This document shows positions 12,606 to 26,700 of a stretch of 64,000 nt of DNA, in pieces. Numbering within the stretch: position 1 is the first letter of the stretch; the number at the start of each line of letters is the position of its first letter. The notes beneath the pieces are model-generated. The model was not told where the DNA came from, did not search any database, and saw nothing but the letters and a program-made list of their open reading frames with translations. Origin of the DNA: Diadema antillarum (lineage: Eukaryota); assembly GCF_040938485.1 (NCBI RefSeq), contig NW_027270911.1:682001-746000 (forward strand), written 5' to 3'. Made by a program: the position numbers and the translations under genes.

Positions 12606-15234
12606 ATGTCAAGTTTTTCAACGAAGCAGTTGCCGAGGCCCAGCAGCGCAGGTAGCAATCCGCTGACCAGGTCGCTGCCGTCCTCATCTCCGGGAGCGGC
12701 CGGGGCGACATCGGCTGGCAGGGTGCTCCAGTACCGGGCACTTCACACGGGGGATCGCTCACTGAAAAAGACGGCTCAAGTTTCGCCCCTTCAGATGAGT
12801 ACTCCCAACACAAGAACCGACACAGCATCGTTTAAGACTCACAAGTTCAAAGCAAGGCACAGTCAGTGGACCCCTATTTTGCATAAGCCATCAAATGAGC
12901 AGGTAATCTCATTCTCAGGCTCGAGGCTGTTTCTTACTGTAGAGTCTACTCGGCTTACTTACAGTAACTGGTAACTGTTAGTGGTAACACTAAAAGTAGT
13001 TGTGGGTAACAGTAGAGTCAATAGTAACAGTTTTATAAGTAGGTCTAACGTTAATGATTATGATTAAGTTAGATCAAGTCACATCTGCTTTTGAAGATTT
13101 AATGAATTTAGTCACCGATCGTAGAAACCCTACCTAGTTGACCGAAAGATCGGTCTGTATCTGGTTGTGGGGGATATGCTCTGCGGAGACTGCGTCTGGC
13201 TTCACAGATGTCTCTGCTCTGGAGGAGAGCGATAACGTCCAAAAAAAATAAAAGACTCCTCCAGACAGACAGATTTTTCTGTCTATTCTAGTAGTATTGA
13301 GAAATCCCAGCACGGGGCGCTGTTTTTGGTTGCTGGTGTGGTTATTCTAGTAGGTGTCTGAAGTAGTTTCAATATGGTGTTGACTTCTGAGCTTTTTAGC
13401 TTTAACGTTTCGACCACTGCCACCTTCACTCACAGAGTCAAAAAGGATGCATTAGTGCCATTACGTTAACATTTAAATGACGCCTTGGATTTCTAGATTC
13501 TACATTCTAGCTACATTGTCATTATGTTATGTCAGATCTTGAAATGATTGTTTGTCAAATCTTAGATAAGCAAAACCATTATTTTCTTTATGTATTTCTT
13601 TCTTACCTTCGATCTCTCCAGCTGTACCTAGAAAGAAGAGATCTGGTTGCTCATTGGGTAAGTAGACTACAAATGTAAATGGTGGTGCAGGGTGTTGCAG
13701 AGATATTGCAGCCAATGTCCTATTCAAAACAAGGCAGAAAGAGCCCCTTTTCTTAGAGGGGAGGGGGCTAGGGCTTGTTTTTTTGTGATTTTAGTGATCA
13801 TGTTTTTACCATGAAATGTTCAATCAAATCAACTACACCATGTTTTTACCATGAAATGTTCAATCAAATCAACTCAGAATTTTTGTTGTAAATTTGTTGT
13901 CAATTTTGTTTGTAGATTTTCAAAATGTTTAACCTAGCAATTAAATATAATTTTGTCAGCAACTTACAGGAAATAATTCGTCACAGGAGCGTAGAATTGT
14001 GATATGCTCGACATGTTCTTTATATGTCGCTACTCCCATAGATGCGAGTTTGAGAAGTATATCAATTGGTTTTCATGCTTTACAAGGATGTGACCAAGCC
14101 GTTTCAGCAAATTGATATTTCAAGCACAATTTGTGGCATTTGGCTAATTTTGTTTGAATTGTGTAATCACAGATTACTATGTTTATTATGTTTTTGTAGT
14201 ATGTCATGATCAAAAAGAAATTTTGTGAAATGAGAAAGGTTATAGCTTGTTTTATCTTTCTCAGGTGCTTTCCAAAACTATATTACAGGATTGTAGACAA
14301 ATGGCTAGCTGCTGAGCATTTGTGTACAGGATATCTCCACAGAAATAAGGCTTCCCTCTTTCTGCTCACTGTTATGTGATTTACACTAAAATCTTTCTCT
14401 TGTGCCATTGTTTCAGTGGTTCAATATGGCAAAAGAAGAAAAAAAAATGCCCTCCTACCTCTGTCTTACCACACCCCTACCCTATAGGCATGATACTCAA
14501 TTAATGCCATTTTCCACTCACCTGCCCAGTTTGACCTGTGGACAGACTCCCAGCGCAAGCGCTTTCTCCAGTTCCTGCTGGTGCACTGCCAGCGCAGCCA
14601 GCTGCTCTTCCTCCAGCATTTCTTCGACAGCGCCATCCCGCTCACCCACGTGGACTTCACCAAGATGCTGCCCCGCTTCCTCTGCCTCCACATCTTCTCC
14701 TTCCTGGACCCCCGCAGCCTGAGCCGGGCGGCGACGGTGTGCTGGCACTGGAAGTTCTTCACAGAGCAGGTGCGTTGTCGCCATGGGATTATGATGTCAG
14801 GGTGGGGTGTGTGGTACAAGTGGTATTCTTGTTGTTTGAAGATTTGTGGTGAGTCAGACCTAAAGTTCAAAACATATGAGTCCTCAGTCAAAAGATTTCT
14901 TGCTGTTGTTTTAATAGCAAAATGAAGTCATAAAGACTGCTTATAGCATATGAGTAGGAAGTTTGAATGATACTTGAATTTTCTCCTGCCAACTCTATCT
15001 GTTTGCTTTCTCTTTATACTTCATATTTTGGTAGATGTGTAGGCATGTTAGAAGAGCATGCCATCACAGTGATTATTATGATATTGTTGATACACAAAGT
15101 GTCACTTCTTTTCTCCGATGAAATCATAGTACACTAAACTAGCATGACAGCTTATGGGCTAAAAATGAGAGGAGGTGATCCCTACTGTATGGCTACTGTT
15201 CCATAACTTCACTTCCTTCCCACACCTTAAACCT

Positions 15235-15267
<33 letters not shown>

Positions 15268-18200
15268 CAGGATGAGCTCTGGATGCCCAAGTGCCTGAGA
15301 CACGGTTGGCTCCTCCCCTACGTGCCCAGGGAGAATGAGTACGGCTCCTGGAAGAAGCACTACATCCGATGTTTCCGGTCCATGGATGTCAGCCAGCCCA
15401 ATGAAAAGGTAGGAATTCCTTGTTGCTATTTCTTGGCCTAGTTCCAGTGATCCAACAGGAATCAAGAGAGCTGTTTAATTGTGTGTCTTGTTATAGAAAA
15501 ATACATCAGAAATCATGATACGTCTTATCTAATTCAACAGTTGCAATGAGAATGGTGCTGCTGAAAATACTCGTATAGTAATGATGAAGATATTCATTTT
15601 CATAATTATGACAGTATTGATGATGATGATATTCACATCAGATGCATCAGCATGTCTCATTTTATTTAAGGTGATGATAGTGTTTATGAAGAGGTTGATT
15701 TTAATTATGATAATGATACTTATGATGACTTTGATTGTGATGATGATGATGATGATGGTGGTGGTATTGGTGGTGGTGATGATGCTGAGTAAGAAAAAGG
15801 GGAGGGAGGAGAGAGGAATAATTTTTCTGGTGTGATTCTCTTTCACCACACATGCTGATCACAAGTCTTGTACAAAATGATTTAGAATACTTGTCATAAG
15901 ACTCCCGAAACACCAATCAGTCATTACCCGTCTATTGTCTGTAATCTTTCTTCTGTTCTTACTCAATCCTCCTCTCAGTCTGAAAGGTATTGCAAACTTG
16001 GTGACGGCTCCACTCTCGCTGATAAGGAATATCAGAGGAAACTCAAGGCCGGTAGAATCAAGGAACCGGCCCTCAATCCACGTAAGTAATCTTTAAGCCT
16101 TGTTATAACATTACATCATGTTTCCTCTCTTCCTAAAAATGGTAACAAGATCATTATGCATTGATCGTTTCAAATCGAATACAGAATTGATATTGTACAT
16201 GTACATCAGTGATACATGATAATTCCTGATCGATATTCTTCCATGTAACCCGTAATATTGTCCTTAAAAATAAAAAGTCCTTATGTGCTTGAATAATCAC
16301 GAGAACACATTTTACGTTAGTATTTGACTTTTTTACTTGTAAATTTGTGTTTTTGCAAGCCATGAATTATTGCAATAATTATGTAATTGTTTTGTTTCCT
16401 TTTTTGTTTTGATTGAGTATGTCAATTGATGTTTGTTCATATTATTGTTCTCTGTGAACATTTTCACAAAGCATAAAGTAGCGGGGATAAAGTTTAGACA
16501 GAGCAGTAAAGCACTACTGTCCACCATATATGTGACCCGCTACAACAAAATGATCCTAAAGTCGGGCGAGGTCGATTATTTGAAAATTGCATGATATAAT
16601 CCCCTAATCTTTCTGCTTTAAATTGATATATAACACATTTTATAAAAATACTCGGCTGCGGAGATATCGATGTTTAAAAGAGAACATGTCGAGACGTCTG
16701 GAAAAGCACTGTTTCGAGAAAAGCACCCTAAAAGTCTTCCTTTCGACGCAATCACGATCAAGAGACACGCAATTCAGTTTTCACATCTGGACAATAGAAG
16801 GTAAGCCCTAGCAACCCCCGAAGAGTTCATTCAAGCACATCAGTGTCGGCGGTCTCCTCACCAACCAATCAGTGACCAGGATGTGAGAAGCGGCTGAACA
16901 TAGCACACCCCGCCCGCACGTGCACCAGTCAACTGGGCAGTGTGCGAGCTTCACGCTTCGGTTAGCAGCAAGCAGCAAACTGACCAATGAGATCACTCTG
17001 GTCGTTGTTAGGGGCGGAACCTATCTGTGGCGCTCAATCCAAATTTTCGATCCAGTTTCTGCTTCGTTGAAACGCCAAAAACATGGCTCAGAAAAACGCT
17101 ATTTTTTTATCTTTCCTTTGATCATTTTGCTTCAAAATTTCGACAGATGATAGAAGACATGTTAGACTCCAATAATATATCAAAATCAGAAAATATTAAG
17201 TTTTGACCAATTTTGATGCTCTGACTTCAAACTTGATTTTCACGGCTTCGACAGTGCGCGACTTTAGGACCTTTTTGTTGTAGCGGGTCACATATTATTT
17301 GAAGGTTCTGCATTTTCTCAGAATCTGCTTGTGTTACAAGTTGATGAGATTGATTTCTAGGAGGCTGTTAAAATAAAATCCAATTTAGATTAATAACTGT
17401 ATGCATTGCTCTGCAAACATCAGATCCTTATGACGAGAGGGGACCGTGGCTGGACCCAGACCCCCGTCCCCAGGACACGGAGAAGGCATTCCGGGGCATG
17501 ACGGACACGGCCAGCCCAAACTTTGGCTTCCCGCTACCCAAGGTCCACCAGAGGTCCTGGACGGAGCCGGCCCGCAAGTTTGAGTATGGCCTGGAGTCCA
17601 GTGGGCGCAAGAAGCAGCACCGCGTCGCACAGGTGAGAGATTGTCTGTTACTCCACTAAACAGAATCTGAGAGTACGACTGTAGGTCTGTTGTGATGTTA
17701 AGACTGTGTCCATTGATGATGTGAGTATAGTATATACCTTTTTTTTTTACCTCAGTGATTAATGATTCAAAGTTGTGTTGTGGAATTGTTTAAAAAGGAA
17801 AAGGAAAATGAGAGGAAAGAGAGAGGAATTTTACCATTCAAAGGAGAAGACTTAAATTGACACTGTATTTAAATNNNNNNNNNNNNNNNNNNNNNNNNNN
17901 NNNNNNNNNNNNNNNNNNNNNNNNNNNNNNNNNNNNNNNNNNNNNNNNNNNNNNNNNNNNNNNNNNNNNNNNNNNNNNNNNNNNNNNNNNNNNNNNNNNN
18001 NNNNNNNNNNNNNNNGTTTGTTTTGTTTAACTTTTACAGACTATACATACAGTGCACTCCTGTTACAACGAACACGGTTATAATGAAATTTCGTTATAAC
18101 GAAGTAAATCTTGTGGTCCCAAAATTATCACCATTAAAGTCTATGGTGCAAAATTCGCTTATAACGAACACGGTTACAGCAAAATTTCCGTTATAACGAA

Positions 18201-21200
18201 GTCTTTTCCGAGCGCCACAGACAAAGAAAAACAAAAGAAATGTGCTCCGTTATAACGAAACGCGAATTGCTTTCGAAAATACGTAACGGAACAAGCATTT
18301 TATAGCGTCTCTGCATAGGTGAACGCTTCACACCACTGTGTGTTCGCTCCTTGTGTCACGCACTGTTTCTGAGGGGTACTTGCGTTTATTATTGTAATAC
18401 AGTTATCCCATCACATTTCACAAAGCTTTCCAGTGTATGATGAGTATTCAGCAAACAGAATATGATATACATATACGTGGTTTCCTTGTTTTCGTTATAT
18501 ATTGTATTTGTTCGGTTATAACGAAAGAAAACTGCCAGTCCCGAGCATTTCGTTATAACGGGAGTGCACTGTACTATCTTTCTATTAAACAATTCTGGAC
18601 AGAGTAAACTACTTCTACAGTCATATGGCATTTTTTTTTAGAGGACCCTATGCCACATACTTGAAACAGAGCTATCATGACAGTTGTCAATGAAAGAACA
18701 AAGAAAATCACAAATTAATCAGTGGCATAAGAGCATCCCAATGAATGGTACACAGCATGTTATATCCATTCCGTGTCAGTGTCAGTGTCAGTACTAGTAG
18801 GAACAGAAACAAAAAAAAAAAAAAATGACCCTTTGATGCCCTTTTATACCAATCAAAAGGATGCCGAGGACACCGTGGGTCTGGAGAGGCACATAGCTGC
18901 AACCCTGACGGCCCACATCGCAGAGGAGCTCCACGACAATCCAGACGTGATAACACAGACCTGGTCCAAGCCCCAAGTCCAGCCAGTCTCCAGAAGGTAG
19001 GAGCCCCCTAAAAGGGACAGGTCTTCTTCCTGTGTAGGCTTGCAATACTCCATCTTTGAGTGAGAGAGAGAAAAAAACAGAGGTTGTTGTCCCCTTATTT
19101 TTTATAGATGATAAGAGGAGACAGTCATATGGCTGCTGTGACACTTGCTCACTGTGAATGAGTTATTTCACCAGGCCATAGTAAAATGTGTTTGACACTT
19201 CTCATAGAATAAAATTACAGGATATTGAAAAACGTTGCAGGTCACCAATGTTTTGTTTCTTTTGTTTTGTTAGTTTACCCTTTTAACCTGTATTTTTTTG
19301 TTGCTTCTTTTCTTTTCTTTTCCCTTTAATTGTGCCTATGTATAGGTCGTTTTTGTTCAAAATATGAGACCTTTGTATAGTGTTCAAACCTCCTTTTCTC
19401 TCTCATCTTATTAAATGAAAATGCTAGGCCAGGGTGTTAAAGCCACCATACCTTCTCTGTGCACTAGAATGAAGTATAGCTACCGCTGTGCATTAAAATG
19501 AAATTGAGACACTGATGTAGGTAGCTCTCTGCATCTGAATAGAACAAGTCTGTCAGCGATTAGAGGTCTTTTTGTCGCACATCTGTGGGAGGCCCCCACT
19601 TTTGGAAGACATCTGTATGAGACTTTCTCCTCATATGTGATTATTCAGACCAGATCTTTCACGGGGAGGGGACTACTCAGCATTTCGGTCCACCTCAAGA
19701 CAGGAAGTGGGGTCAAAGATCATAACAGGGGACTCCCCTTTCAGGGTCCTGCTGATATCAAGTGAGGTGCCTGCGTACCAAGTAAGTTTTTTTTTTCTTG
19801 TCCTTTTTCTTGTTTTGTTAAGGTTTATTTGCTTTGTTTTGGAGATATTCTTTTTTAGTAGACTGTTACCTTTTCTTACTTCTTTGGCATACCTACAAGG
19901 ATTGTTTGGTTTTCTGTGTCATTTATTGGCTTCAAATCAGAAATTTCCTCTCCCCCCCCCCCCCCCCCCCCCCCCCCCATCCCCCCGGCCTTGTATAAAT
20001 CAAATTTAGGTTGGGTCAAGAGTGAACAACTACAGTATTTGTATATAATAAAAAAGACAGCAATATGTGTTCCTATTTCACAGATAGTATCAGTAACATC
20101 AAACCAGGTCAAGTGAGGCTATAATATTCCTATTATTTTTTTTTTCACCATTCTTCTACACTGCAATCAGTGCATTCTTATATTTCATATACCAGCTTTC
20201 AAAACTTGTTTGATGATAAAATCAAGGGGAAAAAAAGAGAGAAAGAAAGGTCAGCAAAGGTTTGAGTTGAAATGTAAGGATAGAAAGATGAGAAGCAGAT
20301 TTGTGATAAATTTTGCAGCCACTGTTAATTTGATGAACAGGTTTTAATTTCTAGTCTTTGACATTTCTAATTGTTTATTACAGCTCCTCGTGTCAGCTGC
20401 CAAACCAGATGTTGTGCCGATAGTCTATGAGTATGACGGGACCACCATCGAGGCTCTGCTGGGGATGCTGGTGTCCACCGTAGGCTCCCACCAGGCAAGG
20501 TATCGTCATGGTGATAGTCACATGGAACGTTGGAAGAAGAGTGTATGGAAGAAATGCTGGTAGCCATGTGTACTGAGAAATAAAATTTTGCTGAATGTGG
20601 GAAGAAAGCAAGGGGTGGAGTGAAGTAAGGATGACAGTGAAGAGGAGAGAACAAATGAAAGGAAGGAAGGAAAAAAAGAGGAAAAGGGAAAGGAGCTGAG
20701 AGAAGAGTAAGACATAAAGTAGCTATTGGGTTGACATGACCTATAGCCTATGTTTTCACATAGGAATATGTGTGTGGCAAAATTTGTTGCTCGGGCGTAT
20801 TATATTCTTCCAGAGTTTTGTATATTGCTCTAAAACTATTTGAATAATACATGTACATGGCAGGTCTCTGTTTTATTACTGTATGACCAGAAATATTCAC
20901 AGCACCAAGCTTTCACAAATTGGCGTCAAAGGCCTGTTTTACAGCATGAAACTGTCGTGAATTGCTATAATGCATTGTGTAGACAAGATTCATGTGCATT
21001 TTACTTCACGAATCTTGGGTCCTTGCATAATTCTCAATAGTTTCATGCACACAAAAATTTCTGATTTTACAGTATCATCATTTTGTCATTGTGTGATGTG
21101 CCACGGGTTGTGAGTTTTTGACATTTAGCATGTGGCATCAGCAAGGCCATCGGCAAAGTTCATAGGGCAGTATCCCGCTATTCATCACCCAAGAAATAAC

Positions 21201-23729
21201 AGGTTCCACGTAAATATGCATCCAACACAAATTTCTTGATATCAAGTGTAGCATGCTATTAAAGGAATTTTACATCAAGCAGTAAGAATACACCGCTTAT
21301 CCAACCCATTTTAAAAATGTGAAATAATGTCTCCAAACATGCAGATTATATTCTTCCAGTCATTATTTTGCTCTTATGGTTTTGACGTTTTCTACGTTTC
21401 TAGTTTCTCCTTTCAATCTTTTCCTCTTCATGCAATTCATACTTTTTACTATAACGGTTTCAATTTTTCTAAAAAATCCAGGAGCATCGGAGTCTTCACC
21501 CTAGGAGAGGATGCCCCTCGTCTCGTCAGGGAGACGGCCATCACGGCCGAGATGATCGAACACCCCGACATCAAGCACTTCTGGGAGTCCTTAGCCGAAT
21601 GCGTTGATGCGGGCAAAGACGGCGGCTGCATCGATTTCTTCTCACCGCTGGAGGCTACGGGTAAGAATCTCTATTCTCTATGCATTCTTATGAATCAGTA
21701 AAAATGTCAAGGATCAAATAAAGAGATTGATCGCAAAACAGGATAAGCACCATTTTCAAACATTTCAACATAAGTCCGTCATCAAATAGAGCATAATAAA
21801 ACATTTCCAGTTATACCTTAGTTGCATAACAAGAAATATCCTTCAAGTTATATCCCATATTTTCTTATCATTTTCTGATTTTTAGATCATTTTGATAGCT
21901 AATATCTTACATTGACAAGAATGGCATTAACTCATTTTACAATCGACCTCTTCACGTACTGTCATGTATTTCACGTGCGGTCATATTTTGCAAGAATCTT
22001 TTTTTTTGTGTTTGTTTACTTAAAAAATCATGCAAACACAATAAATGCAAAGTATGTTGTCTCTGTGGTAGGAAATTGCTGACTTTGCTTCTTTGAAAGG
22101 GATATGTCAATGCTTGTTTTGCATCCTATCACGGTGGTTCCAGGAATGTGATTTTAGCTACTCCTGATATTGTGTGATAAGTCCTGATCTGTGAGATATG
22201 TGATTGCATAAACAAGACACAGTTAATCACTTTCACCTTTTCCTTTTTTTCTTGTAAAATGCAACAGTTATGAAATGATCAAATATGCCATTTACAGGGA
22301 ACTGAGATCAAGCGAAAACTTAGACACTTTTGAAGATGCAAAATTATTTATGGCAGTATATTTTGCCCGCTTGATTAGCAACTGCTATTAGAAATGTCTT
22401 GTCCATATGTTACATAGCTGTGTTCTACTATGTTTACTGTGCATTTGGCTTCTCTTTTCTCTTCCAGCTGGTGGTCATGAAATGCTGGCCCAGCTTTCTG
22501 CCCTCATTGGTCTGACTTTGTCCAGTCCTGCCTCACTCTCCCCAACCACATTTGACTATGGTAAGCCAAACTTAAAAAGAATTTTCCTCTTCATTGTAAT
22601 GCTCAAGTGCATTTTCAACTTATATACATGTACATAGAGGTTCAAGGACAACTCACCTGTAGATATCTACAATCTTACAAATGTAGTGAAACTGTGTCAT
22701 TGATGTACAGTGATGCAGATTTTTCATTCGTCCTTGTGACGGCAGTTATCATTGCTACGGGAAAACCTATGATAGCAGTCAGGCCATTTGGAAAATGCTT
22801 TATTTCTGTGGTTTTCATAATGGCACTCGAATACCGTGATGAAATTCAAGAAAAGTCCTTGTCATTATGGAGAAAGCAGTGACTACAATCAAATATTTGA
22901 GTGGGTTGCTGTCATATAATTTACACAACAAATAGGAAGGCGACACCAGGGGTGTTGGCCTACATGAAGTAGAGCGTGTGCTTTCTTAGCTTGTCTTCAA
23001 ATGGAAGCAGACAGTGATAAGAATGTTTTAACTATATACACTGTTTGAATACTGACATACAATGTGGAGTGCACTTCCATACTCTTCAAATTGAGGAAGA
23101 CAGTGTTGGGTGATTCAAGTCTAAATGTTTTAAACACTGACTTGATGTAACAGAAATGTGGTCTCTCATCTTCTGAAAGAAAGGTGACAATAGTGTTGGT
23201 TTCCCAAGTTAAGTGTTCACAAATACCAAATCAATGTGAAAAGGAGAAAGTGCAGTGTTTGCTTTATCTCTTGGTGAAGTATCATCCCCCGATTTTGGTC
23301 TCCTTCCATTCCGTCCTGCAGTGACGGGAGAGTGGCAGACGTCGAGCCACTCCAGCCCCGCCCGCCCGCCGCACTCCTCCTACTTCCAGCAGCGCCCCCT
23401 GCAGGCGTGGCAGGCCCTCGCCGGTCGGGTGGCTGAGACCACGGCCCGCTGTAGGGAGGAGATGCGGGGATTCTTTGTGCAGAGGAGAGAGCAGCTGCTG
23501 CACAGGGTTACAGGTAGGTGTTGACCAGATTCAAAGGGAGGCATAGGTGATGACCAGATTCAAAGGGAGGCATAGGTGATGACCAGATTTAAAGGGAGGC
23601 CTAGGTGATGACCAGACTTAAAGATAAAGTATTATATTGCATGACTTGATGCAGAAGATGCTAAATATATTTGATATTTGTTTGAAGTATTGTGTTTAGT
23701 GGAAATTAACTGTACTATCATCATCTCCA

Positions 23730-23763
<34 letters not shown>

Positions 23764-26700
23764 TTAATGTTTGCAGTTTTTGTAATTGTTAGTATTATCA
23801 TCATCATTATCATCAATATTTTGGGGATTATCATTATTCTCATCTTACCATCATCATAGTCATCACCATCATCAACAGCAGCTGGGGCTGAGGCTCTATC
23901 ATTGCTATTGTCATTGTTTAGCTGCAATCTTACATTTTCCCTTCCCGCTCACAGGTGATGTAGTAATGCAGGAGCTAGGTGAGGATGGCCTGGGGCTGGC
24001 GGATGATGTCATGACCAGCCTGAGAGAAGCCCTAGAGGAGCTGGCCAGGAATCCTGAAGAGGTAAAATGGTCTTTTGTGACGTGCCTACTGGTATCTCCT
24101 GCTCTTCTTGCCTGTCGTGAAACATTATGGAAAATCATCTCATTATTATCAATCTCATCATCATTATCAATCATCACTACCTTATGTGTGTGTTTTTGTT
24201 TTGTTTTTGTTTTGTTTTTTGATGTCCACGACCTCTGAAAACTATTAGACAAGAGGAGAATTGAGTTCAGAGAGTTTGCATATGATAGCTAGATGTGAGG
24301 AGCACATGATTTTGCTTAATCCAACATTGTATTTGAGTTACAAATGCAGTTTGATCATAAACTGATAGATGATAAAAAGAATGCTCTTTCTAGGGTGCTA
24401 CCGTGAAAACAAATGTTCAAGGAGCAGTTACAAAAGCCCTTGTTTCTTTGTATGTTTTTCAATGAAAGACTCCTACATGGTCATAGTAACTTGTGCTGTT
24501 GAACATGATGAATATGTCATGCTTTAGTTGCCTTTTCTTGCATATTTTTTTCTTGATTGGGAATTTTTGTGGCTAGTACTTTGTTCATCAATTTTCATGA
24601 ATTGTCAGGATGTTTTTTATCCTAGTGATTTTTGTCCTACCCTCTATTGTGGAAATGCATTGAACAGAGTTGCGAAAGTTGCAGTTTTGCAATTGGTCTG
24701 TTTTGTTATGTGCAGATATCAGGAACTGAGTATCATGTGAGAATTACTGTTCTTCTTCTCCTCTCTCTTAACCCCCCCCCCCCCCCCCCCACCAATTCTT
24801 GAAACTGCAGCCAAACCCAGCAGCTTTCCTTGGTAGGACTCTCATCAACATCTCCAGCAGGTCTGAAGAAAATGGCCCAGGACAGACAAATGGTTTGGTG
24901 CCAGACACAACGAGTAAATCAAGCAAGATGCCATCTGGACTGAAATTGGTAAGAATCTGTTTGATGTTACACATTTGATATGCATCTGGTCGCAGAGAAG
25001 ATTCTGTGTAATTTCATAAGTTTATCTTTCAGCAGCGTCAGATGGTGTCAAAACCTGTTAGGGTTGTACTTCAGTGTCTTTGCCTATGGCAGTGTTCCCA
25101 AATAAATGAATGCTTGATATTCTTTCACAATAAAATGAAAAAACAAAAAAGAACAAAACAAGTAGTTTGATGGAACCTTGGGAGGCATTGCCTTCAACTA
25201 TGTTTGTTTGTTTGTTTGTTTGTTTGTTTGTTTGTTTTTAAACCTGGTTGTGCAAGATTACTTTATTTGCTGAAGATGACAAAACAGTAGCAGTATGGTG
25301 ATGAGTTGATCACCAGAACATCCAATATTTGTAAGTGGACTGAGATGGTGCCTCATTTGGTGAAATCACAGCAACACCAATCATGTGTACTAGGAAAGTC
25401 CCAGAATCCAGCAAGACATGAGTTTTAACAGCTGCCTGGAAAATATATCAACTTTTAAAGTTCATTTCACAGAGATCTATATGCTTCATATTTGTCAATT
25501 CTGATTCAATCTTTCAGGGGCATTGAAAAACTTTCTGAAGTCTTTGTCTGGCATTTCATAAGCCATCTAATGTCATANNNNNNNNNNNNNNNNNNNNNNN
25601 NNNNNNNNNNNNNNNNNNNNNNNNNNNNNNNNNNNNNNNNNNNNNNNNNNNNNNNNNNNNNNNNNNNNNNNNNNNNNNNNNNNNNNNNNNNNNNNNNNNN
25701 NNNNNNNNNNNNNNNNNNNNNNNNNNNNNNNNNNNNNNNNNNNNNNNNNNNTTCTGTAAAAGCAGGGTAGTCCCATTCTGAGCCACAACGGCCTGCTTTA
25801 TAAGGAAGCCCCGCATCAGACATATTACAGTATTACATTATCAGGGACCCGTTTCATAAAACTTGTTATCAGTGACAACTGCCACATTTCTATGACAAAT
25901 TTGCTCTCAGCCAATCAGATGCAAGGAATTCAGTAGCTTGTCACAACTATGACAACTTGTCACTGATGACAAGTTTTATGAAACGGGCCCCAAGTGTACA
26001 CATTCAGTCAAACCATCCACTACTGATGCCATCTTTTCCATGTGAGGTGATGAGTTTTGTCCCACTTTGTGGACAATAATTTCAGTGCTCTTTGTATATT
26101 TATAAACAGACAAAGAGAGATAGTTCTGACTCAAATTCCATCATTTTTGAAACCCTATCTTTCCTCTAAAAAATAAAAAAACACACAAAAAAGGCGGGTC
26201 TCCATGGCGATGACCTGTCTATGGATGAAGAGATCGCCGAGAGCATCGACGAAGACATTCAGGAGGAGATTGAGGACGAACTGGACGTTGAGTCCATCTC
26301 AGGACATGTGCGGCCTCCGGGCAAAGCTGACAGTCTCAAGGCCACATCAGCCTCACGTCTCAGTACGGGAAATCCAACGAGGACACACTTCCAGCCTCTA
26401 ACTATGCAACAGACATTCCAAACTATGCAGGTAACGAGGAGTGTCTGCGATCATGAAATCGAAATTGAGATGCCTGGCAGACCCATATGATAGCCATACC
26501 TCACCTATGCACATGTTCTTGGAATGTGTGTAAATGTATGATTAGAATGTAATAATCAACCCTGAGGAGGTTGCAGAAATTGGTGGTAGTATGTGAAGAG
26601 TGTTCCACAGAATATGCGGAAGGCTTCCGAAATCTACAATCCAAGCGGAATGCTTGAATGACACCTCTGTGTATAGTGGCAATACTATTGAAGCTGAATG

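Noticed and set aside
14466-14891. Long antisense and alternative-frame ORFs overlapping real exons (also 46842-47270, 44800-45027 and 63337-63684)
   Set aside because: These are shadows of GC3-rich coding exons, with no independent homology.
23515-23623. CRISPR-like array
   Set aside because: Head-to-tail repeats with no unique spacers, in a eukaryotic intron, with no cas genes.
26043-26133. Possible intronic C/D snoRNA (GTGATGA...CTGA with tgag/ctca terminal stem, 64 nt before an acceptor)
   Set aside because: The putative guide (aagagagatagtt) matches the conserved LSU rRNA AACUAUGACUCUCUU with only 6 contiguous bases. There are no clear C'/D' boxes, such short motifs arise by chance in 64 kb, and ECT2L is not a typical host. 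A snoscan or Infernal hit would be needed.
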